This document shows positions 58,017 through 64,000 of a stretch of 64,000 bases of DNA, one piece after another; within the stretch, counting starts at the first letter, position 1; every line of letters begins with the position of its first letter. Position numbers and translations under genes: made by a program. This stretch comes from Dokdonella sp. (GTDB lineage Bacteria; Pseudomonadota; Gammaproteobacteria; Xanthomonadales; Rhodanobacteraceae). The stretch lies in NCBI RefSeq assembly GCF_023228465.1, contig NZ_JALOBC010000006.1; one strand, given 5' to 3'. Below the pieces are notes generated by a model. That model was not told where the DNA came from and did no database searches. It saw only the letters and a list, made by a program, of their open reading frames with translations.

Positions 58017-58786
58017 TGCTTTCCGTTGCTGCTGTCGTCATTGCCTTTGTACTGCTGCTGCTGATTTCCTCGATCAAGATCCTGCGCGAGTACCAGCGCG
58101 GCGTGGTGTTCCTGTTTGGGCGTTTCCAGTCCGTGAAGGGGCCGGGCATCATCATCGTGGTGCCGGTGCTGCAACAGATGGTGCGCATCGACCTGCGTAC
58201 CATCGTCATGGACATCCCGCCGCAGGACGTGATCTCGCGCGACAACGTGCCGGTCAAGGTCAACGCGGTGCTGCTGTTTCGCGTGATCGATCCGGAAAAG
58301 GCGGTGATCCAGGTCGAAAACGCCTACGACGCGACCAGCCAGCTTGCGCAGACGACGCTGCGTTCGGTGCTTGGCCAGCATGAACTGGACGAAATGCTTT
58401 CCGAGCGCGACAAGCTCAATCACGACATCCAGATCATCCTCGACCAGCACACCGACGCCTGGGGCATCAAGGTGTCCACGGTGGAGATCAAGCAGGTCGA
58501 TCTGGACGAGGTCATGGTGCGCGCCATCGCCCGCCAGGCCGAGGCCGAACGCCAGCGCCGCGCCAAGGTCATCAATGCCGAGGGCGAACTGCAGGCCTCG
58601 GAAAAGCTGATGCAGGCCGCGCAGACCCTGATGCAGCAGCCGCAATCCATCCAGCTGCGCTATCTGCAGACCCTGGTCGAAGTCGCCGGCGACCGTACCA
58701 CCACCATCGCCTTCCCGCTGCCGATGGAGTTCTTCGAGGGCCTGTTCAACAAGGGCCGCGCGCCGTCCGCTGCCCCGGACAAGTGA
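58016..58786 (+). CDS. SPFH/band-7 (stomatin-like, slipin) protein
   Basis: ATG 58016 overlaps the NfeD stop (ATGA is absent but TGATG shares one nt). The sequence reads ..IKILREYQRGVVFLFGRFQSVKGPGIIIVVP..DIPPQDVISRDNVPVKVNAVL..AEAERQRRAKVI... Confidence 0.92.
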   Translation: MLSVAAVVIAFVLLLLISSIKILREYQRGVVFLFGRFQSVKGPGIIIVVPVLQQMVRIDLRTIVMDIPPQDVISRDNVPVKVNAVLLFRVIDPEKAVIQVENAYDATSQLAQTTLRSVLGQHELDEMLSERDKLNHDIQIILDQHTDAWGIKVSTVEIKQVDLDEVMVRAIARQAEAERQRRAKVINAEGELQASEKLMQAAQTLMQQPQSIQLRYLQTLVEVAGDRTTTIAFPLPMEFFEGLFNKGRAPSAAPDK

Positions 58787-58924
58787 AACGCGGCAGCACC
58801 GGATCTGCCGGCGGCGCGCCTTGCATCGCTTCCGGCGTTGGAGGCCAACGGCCCAGGCAAGCGCGCGGCGCCCGATTCAAGCCAAGGCCGGCGCGTCCGG
58901 TCTGCCTGGTGCCGGCAGCCTCGC

Positions 58925-59986
58925 TCAGGGCCGCGCTTCGAGGATGATGTTGAACGGGGTTTCGGCCGCGCGGCGCAAGCGCGAGAACCCCCCCTCTTCG
59001 ACGACCAGCTTGCGCAACCGCGCCTCGCCGGCCTGCGCGCCCAGCGCCGGCCCGTGCCGGGCCAGTGAAACCGGTACGCAAATCTGCGCGGACGCTGCGT
59101 AGTACACGCGCCCCACCGGATTGAGATTGTCCACCACGCGGTCTCCGGCCAGCGGCTCGACGAGCATGCAGGCGCCGTCTGCATTGAGCGCGTGGCGCGC
59201 GTGGCGTGCCGCGCCGGCCGGGTCGGCCATGTCGTGCAGGCAATCGAAGAAGGCGATCAGGTCGAAATTTCGATCCTGGTATCCGGTGGCGTCGGTGACT
59301 TCGAAGCGCGCGTTTGCGACCCCTGCGCTTCGCGCGCGCTCGCGCGCCACGCCGATCGATTCCGCGTGGTAGTCATAACCGAAGAACTCCGATTCCGGGA
59401 AGGCCTGCGCCATCAACAGCGTGCTCGCGCCATGGCCGCAGCCCACGTCGGCGACCCGGCCGCCACGCTCCAGCTTGTCCATCGTGCCCTCCAGCGACGG
59501 CAACCATGAGGTCAGCAGGTTCGCGTGGTAGCCGGCACGGAAGAAGCGTTCGGTGCCGTGGAACAGGCACGCGTGATGCTCGCCCCATTCCATGCCCTGG
59601 CCGGTCTTGAAGTTCGTCTCGGTGCGATCCAGCGAACGGAACATGTCTTCGACGATGTAATACGCACCGGGAAGATCCACCGGCCCGTGGGGATCCGCCA
59701 GGCATGCGCGTTGCTCTTCGTTGAGCGCGTAGCGGTCGCCGGCGACATCGTATTGCACGTAGCCGCCCGCGGCCTGGTTGCCGAGCCATTCGCGCACGTA
59801 GCGTTCGTGCAGGCCGGTACGCTGGGCAAGCTCGGCGGAAGTGGCCGCACCCTCGGCCAGGGCCTTGTACAACCCGAGTCGATCGCCGATCACCATCAGT
59901 GAGGCGCTGGCCGCGGCGCCGAGGTCGGCAACGGCCTTGCCTAGAAATTCGTGCAGTTTGGCTTCGTTCATGTCCTGATCGCCCAT
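58925..59986 (-). CDS. class I SAM-dependent methyltransferase with N-terminal wHTH-like dimerisation domain
   Basis: Motif I is VADVGCGHGAS and the post-I region is ..FFGYDYH... The N-terminus is ..LGLYKALAEGAATSAELAQRTGLHERYVREWL... The start is either ATG 59986 or 59971. Confidence 0.8.
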   Translation of the reverse strand: MGDQDMNEAKLHEFLGKAVADLGAAASASLMVIGDRLGLYKALAEGAATSAELAQRTGLHERYVREWLGNQAAGGYVQYDVAGDRYALNEEQRACLADPHGPVDLPGAYYIVEDMFRSLDRTETNFKTGQGMEWGEHHACLFHGTERFFRAGYHANLLTSWLPSLEGTMDKLERGGRVADVGCGHGASTLLMAQAFPESEFFGYDYHAESIGVARERARSAGVANARFEVTDATGYQDRNFDLIAFFDCLHDMADPAGAARHARHALNADGACMLVEPLAGDRVVDNLNPVGRVYYAASAQICVPVSLARHGPALGAQAGEARLRKLVVEEGGFSRLRRAAETPFNIILEARP

Positions 59987-60194
59987 TCCCGATGGCCGCT
60001 TCGGTCGATCGGCGTGGTCGCGCGCGCAGGCGCCACATGCCTGCGTGCCGCGCGCCCCACCGCGGCCTCCTCTGCGACCTGGATGATGGCTCCAATGTGT
60101 GCTGAATGGGCATCAGCCTGCTGCCGAAGGGGCGCCCCGACAATGACCTATACTCCGCCGCAGATGCTCCAAACGCCGCTCGGCAGGCGCAGGC

Positions 60195-61154
60195 ATGGGC
60201 AACGATCTGCTTTCCGACGCGCTGGCGCTGGTCCGGCTCAGCGGGGCGCTGGTGCTGGAGATCGACATCAACGGACCGGGCGGCATTGCCAGCTGCCCGC
60301 TGCCCGGCAAACTGCTGCCGATGCTGCCGGCAGGCACCACCCACGTCATCGCCTTGCATGTCGTGCTCGAGGGCAGTGGCTGGATCCGGCAGGGCAGCGG
60401 GCCCTGGGTCCTGCTGCCGGCCGGTCATGCCGCGATCCTCCCGCATGGCGGACGGCACGAACTGTGCGACCGTCCGGGACGGATGACCGTGGCTTTCGAG
60501 ACGCTGCTCGACGGGCCGGGGCTGTCCGGGCTGCGCCATGTCTGCGTGGGCGCTGCAACCGGCGCGCCGTTGCGGCTGCTGTGCGGCATGCTCGGCTGCG
60601 ACCGGCGGGCCTTCGAACCGCTGTGCAGCGCCCTCCCACCCATGTTCGAGGTGGACCTTGGTGCGCATATGGATACGCTGGTCGACCAGGCCACCGACAA
60701 CGCGCTCGACGACAGCCCGGGCGCGGCTGGGCTGCGGGGTCGCTACGCGGAACTGCTGTTCCTGAGCGCGCTGCGGCTGCATATGCTCGGGCTGTCCGCC
60801 GACGCCACCGGTTGGCTTGCCGGATTGCGCGATCCGCTGGTCGGCCGCGCGCTGCAGGCCCTGCATGCCCAACCTTCCCGGCACTGGACCATGGATCAGC
60901 TCGCCGTGCGCCTGGCCTGTTCCCGCTCGGCGCTCGCCGAACGATTCCGCGCCACGATCGGGGAGCCGCCGATGCACTATCTGGCGCGACTGCGGATGCA
61001 GGTGGCGGCGCGCCGGCTGGATGAGAGTCGGCACAGCGTCGCCCGCGTCGCGGAAGAAGTGGGCTACGATTCCACTGCCGCCTTCCAGCGCGCGTTCAAG
61101 CGTCGTTTCGGCGTGCCACCCGCGACCTGGCGCCGCGGCGTGGCGGCGTCCTGA
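60195..61154 (+). CDS. AraC-family transcriptional regulator (cupin-type sensor domain)
   Basis: The N-terminal AraC cupin_6-like region begins ..LLSDALALVRLSGALVL... The C-terminal double HTH is ..WTMDQLAVRLACSRSALAERFRATIGEPPMHYLARLRMQVAARRL..VARVAEEVGYDSTAAFQRAFKRRFGVPPATWRR. It is divergent from the methyltransferase. Confidence 0.88.
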   Translation: MGNDLLSDALALVRLSGALVLEIDINGPGGIASCPLPGKLLPMLPAGTTHVIALHVVLEGSGWIRQGSGPWVLLPAGHAAILPHGGRHELCDRPGRMTVAFETLLDGPGLSGLRHVCVGAATGAPLRLLCGMLGCDRRAFEPLCSALPPMFEVDLGAHMDTLVDQATDNALDDSPGAAGLRGRYAELLFLSALRLHMLGLSADATGWLAGLRDPLVGRALQALHAQPSRHWTMDQLAVRLACSRSALAERFRATIGEPPMHYLARLRMQVAARRLDESRHSVARVAEEVGYDSTAAFQRAFKRRFGVPPATWRRGVAAS

Positions 61155-61292
61155 GCCGATGCCAGGTGGTTCGGCGCGCGCCGGCCAACGAACCGCCCGC
61201 TGCGCCGCCGGATGTCCGCTTTGCCCTGCTGCGGGCGGGTCCGGTCGATCGCAACGGACAGGTAGCGCCGACCCGCCCCGAGGAGGTGTCCC

Positions 61293-62171
61293 GTGAATGC
61301 GAACGTCGAGTCCTTCTTCCACGCCGCCACCTCGACCTGGACGCACCTGGTCTGGGGCCCGCGCTCGCGGGCGGCGGCCATCATCGATCCGGTACTGGAT
61401 TTCGACCTCGCCTCCGGCCGCATCGGGCACGCCAGCGCCCGCGCCGTGCTGGATGCCGCGCAGGATGCGGGCTTGCGCATCGACTGGATCCTCGAGACGC
61501 ATGCGCATGCCGATCACCTGACTGCGGCCGACTGGCTGCGCGGGGCGCTGGCGGCCGAAGGGCGCCATGTACCGATCGGCGTGGGTGCGCGCATCGTCGA
61601 GGTGCAACGGCATTTCCGCCGTGTGTTTGCGCTGGAGGACGCGCTCGTGGCGGACGGTTCGCAGTTCGATCGCCTGTTTGCCGACGACGCGCGCTTCGCC
61701 ATCGGCGCGCTGGAGGTGCGTGTGCTGGCCACGCCCGGGCACACGCCGGACAGCGTCAGCTATCTGGTCGGTGACGCGGTGTTCGTCGGCGACACGCTGT
61801 TCGCGCCTTCCCGCGGCACCGCGCGCTGCGATTTCCCGGGTGGCGACGCGGCCACGCTATACCGCTCGATCCAGCGCCTGTACGCGTTGCCGCACGACAC
61901 GCGCGTGTTCCTCTGCCACGACTACCCCGCGCCAGGCAGCGCACCCGAGTGCCTCACCAGCATCGCCGCGCAGAAGACCGGCAACGTGCAGCTGCGCGCG
62001 GATACCAGCGCCGCCGACTATGTCGCCCTGCGCACGCAGCGCGACGCCACGCTGGCCGCGCCGCGTCTGCTCTACCCGGCGCTGCAGGTCAACATCCGCG
62101 CCGGCGCCCTGCCGCCCGCCGATCGCGAAGGCCGGCGCTTCCTGCGCCTGCCGGTGGCCGCCGCCGAGTGA
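61293..62171 (+). CDS. MBL-fold metallo-hydrolase (glyoxalase II / persulfide-dioxygenase-like)
   Basis: GTG 61293 lies 6 nt after AGGAGG. Motifs are ..ILETHAHADHL.., ..TPGHTPDS.. and ..VGDTLF..LCHDY... Confidence 0.85.
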   Translation: MNANVESFFHAATSTWTHLVWGPRSRAAAIIDPVLDFDLASGRIGHASARAVLDAAQDAGLRIDWILETHAHADHLTAADWLRGALAAEGRHVPIGVGARIVEVQRHFRRVFALEDALVADGSQFDRLFADDARFAIGALEVRVLATPGHTPDSVSYLVGDAVFVGDTLFAPSRGTARCDFPGGDAATLYRSIQRLYALPHDTRVFLCHDYPAPGSAPECLTSIAAQKTGNVQLRADTSAADYVALRTQRDATLAAPRLLYPALQVNIRAGALPPADREGRRFLRLPVAAAE

Positions 62172-62192
62172 AGCTGCCCGGGCGGCCCGGCC

Positions 62193-64000
62193 TCAGCGCC
62201 GCGTGCCCGTCAACTGGTCCCACAGGAAGGTGTAGGCCATGGCGTGCATCTCGGCCGATTGCCGGTTGTCCGCCGCGCCGCCGTGGCCGCCCTCGGTGTT
62301 CTCGTAGAACCACACGTTCTCGTAGCCCATGGCCTGCATCTTCGCCGCCATCTTGCGCGCCTGCACCGGACCGACCCGATCGTCGCTGGTGGCGGTGTAG
62401 AACAGCACCGGCGGGTAGTCCATGCCCGGCCTCACGTTCTGGTAGGGCGAAAAGGTCCTGATCCAGGCCCATTCCTCGGGTTTGTCCGGGTCGCCGTACT
62501 CGGCGATCCACGAGGCCCCGGCGGACAGGTGCGTGTAGCGCTGCATGTCCAGCAGCGGCACTTCGGAGACGATCGCACCAAACAGTTGCGGATAGAGGGT
62601 CAGCATGTTGCCGGTGAGCAGGCCGCCATTGCTGCCGCCCAGCGCACCGAGGTGGGCGCGACGGGTGACGCCGCGCGCGATCAGGTCCTCGGCGACGGCG
62701 GCAAAGTCCTCGTAGGCACGCAGGCGGTTCGCCTTCAGCGCCGCCTGGTGCCAGCGCGGGCCGTATTCGCCGCCGCCGCGGATGTTGGCAACCACGTACA
62801 CGCCGCCGCGCTCCAGCCAGGCGCGCCCTACGCTGCCGCTGTAGGCCGGGCGCAGCGATACCTCGAAGCCGCCATAGCCATAGAGCAGGGTGGGGTGCCT
62901 GCTGCCATCCAGCGGCAGGTCCACGTCCCTGGGTGAAATCTCGAAGTAGGGCACGCGCGTGCCGTCCTTCGAGGTAACGAAATACTGGTGAACCTCCTCG
63001 CGCGAGGCGTCGAAGAAGGCCGGCATCGCCTTCAGCGTTTCGGCCGGACCCGCGCCGATGGTGCCCCAGGACAGCGTGGTCGGCGTGAGGTAGCCGGTGA
63101 CGATCATGAAATAGCTGTCATCGGCATCGGCATCGATGCCGTCCACCTCCACCGTGCTCAGCGGCGGCGCGCCGGCCAGTGGAGTGCGCTGCCAGGCGCC
63201 CGCGCGGGGCGTCAGCACTTCCTGGCGGCTGACCACGTCATCGAGAATGTTGAGGACGAGGTGGTGGCGGGTCCAGGTCCAGCTCGCCAGCGAGGTCGTC
63301 GCCGCCGGCGTGAACAGCGCGCCGAAGTCGCGCTGGCCGGCCATGAAGGCATCGAAGCGCGTTGCCAGCAGGGATCCGGCGGGCCAGGTCCTGCCGCCCG
63401 TAGTCCAGTCGCTGCGCAATTCCACCAGCAGCCATTCGCGGTGGGCGGCGACCCGTGCATCCAGCGGCACCTCGAGCTTCACCAGCGTGCCATCGGCCTT
63501 GCGCAGGAAGGTTTCGCTGGTGAAGAAGTCGATCACGCGGGTGACGAACTCGCGCTCGTAGCCGGGCGTCAGGTCGCGCGTGGCGCCGACGCCGAGGTCG
63601 TCGTCACGTCCTTCGTACACCAGGGTCGCGCTGGCCAGCGGCGTGCCGCGTGTCCACAGTTTGGCCAGGCGCGGATAGCTCGACCTGGTCATCGAACCCG
63701 GGCCAAAGTCGGTGCCGACGAACACGTGGTTCGCATCGACCCAGGCGATCTCGGTCTTGGCTGCCGGCAGCACGAAGCCGTCCTTCACGAACGCCTTGTC
63801 GACCAGGTCGAACTCGCGGACCACCTTGGCATCGCCCCCGCCCGGCGAGAGCAGCAGCAGGCAGCGCCGGTATTCGGGCTTCAGGCAGTGCGCGCCCTGC
63901 CACACCCACTTTTCCCCTTCGTCCCTGGCCAGCGCGTCGATGTCGAGTACGGTCTCCCAGGCGGGTTCGGCCTTGCGGTATTCGGCCAGGGTGGTGCGTC
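62193..64000 (-). CDS. S9 prolyl-oligopeptidase-family serine peptidase, 3' part (N-terminus beyond the right edge)
   Basis: The catalytic region includes ..LGALGGSNGGLL (GxSxGG).., ..TATSDDRV.. and ..GGHGG... A beta-propeller region lies upstream. The frame stays open past the track's ATG 63905 to the window end (..EKWVWQGAHCL..). Confidence 0.88.
   Translation of the reverse strand, partial: RTTLAEYRKAEPAWETVLDIDALARDEGEKWVWQGAHCLKPEYRRCLLLLSPGGGDAKVVREFDLVDKAFVKDGFVLPAAKTEIAWVDANHVFVGTDFGPGSMTRSSYPRLAKLWTRGTPLASATLVYEGRDDDLGVGATRDLTPGYEREFVTRVIDFFTSETFLRKADGTLVKLEVPLDARVAAHREWLLVELRSDWTTGGRTWPAGSLLATRFDAFMAGQRDFGALFTPAATTSLASWTWTRHHLVLNILDDVVSRQEVLTPRAGAWQRTPLAGAPPLSTVEVDGIDADADDSYFMIVTGYLTPTTLSWGTIGAGPAETLKAMPAFFDASREEVHQYFVTSKDGTRVPYFEISPRDVDLPLDGSRHPTLLYGYGGFEVSLRPAYSGSVGRAWLERGGVYVVANIRGGGEYGPRWHQAALKANRLRAYEDFAAVAEDLIARGVTRRAHLGALGGSNGGLLTGNMLTLYPQLFGAIVSEVPLLDMQRYTHLSAGASWIAEYGDPDKPEEWAWIRTFSPYQNVRPGMDYPPVLFYTATSDDRVGPVQARKMAAKMQAMGYENVWFYENTEGGHGGAADNRQSAEMHAMAYTFLWDQLTGTRR

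Noticed and set aside
56595-58786. NfeD-SPFH pair considered as a candidate novel membrane or defence module.
   Set aside because: This is the well-known, widely conserved NfeD/stomatin (YbbJ/YbbK-type) operon. There are no extra effector genes and no island-like context.

Overview
This is a high-GC (roughly 68-70 %) gammaproteobacterial chromosome segment. Gene order and the REP-type intergenic repeats suggest Xanthomonadales/Lysobacterales. The content is almost entirely core housekeeping.

Gene content, left to right:
- mrcA (PBP1A) sits divergent from the type IV pilus operon pilMNOPQ, which is followed by a large Ig-like repeat lipoprotein.
- Next come a cNMP-gated EAL phosphodiesterase and a six-gene MoxR/DUF58/DUF4381/BatA/BatB/BatD (aerotolerance-type) operon.
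- Then pfp, adk and mpl, a standalone Lon-N-domain protein, and an SDR.
- Then a small regulator plus secreted-protein pair, hemL, a Kelch protein, rubredoxin, DUF192 and a PfkB kinase.
- The elongasome and cell-wall block follows: mreBCD-mrdA-rodA, (tpm), mltB-rlpA-dacC-ybeD-lipB, then prc.
- Then a beta-helix secreted protein, an M17 peptidase, a HAD hydrolase, a PstS-like binding protein and degP/Q.
- Then a class II ribonucleotide reductase locus, the NfeD/SPFH pair, a methyltransferase, an AraC regulator, an MBL hydrolase and a partial S9 peptidase.

I found no rRNA, tRNA, CRISPR array, transposase or recognisable defence gene, and I cannot point to a clear-cut novel multi-gene system.

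The signals that ordinary annotation does not explain are:
1. An ~87-bp low-GC near-perfect palindrome sits in frame inside mpl.
2. The nrdJ locus is interrupted three ways: a LAGLIDADG intein lies exactly at the radical cysteine, the gene is split into nrdJa and nrdJb, and a histone-H1-like gene built from a 17 x 18-bp tandem array is wedged between the halves.
3. An Ig-like lipoprotein occupies the slot directly after the pilQ secretin.
4. Five hairpins are stacked in one intergenic region.
5. Two secreted proteins share a C-terminal F-x-[DN]-G-F-D tail.

Many very long antisense ORFs in the track are high-GC artefacts.
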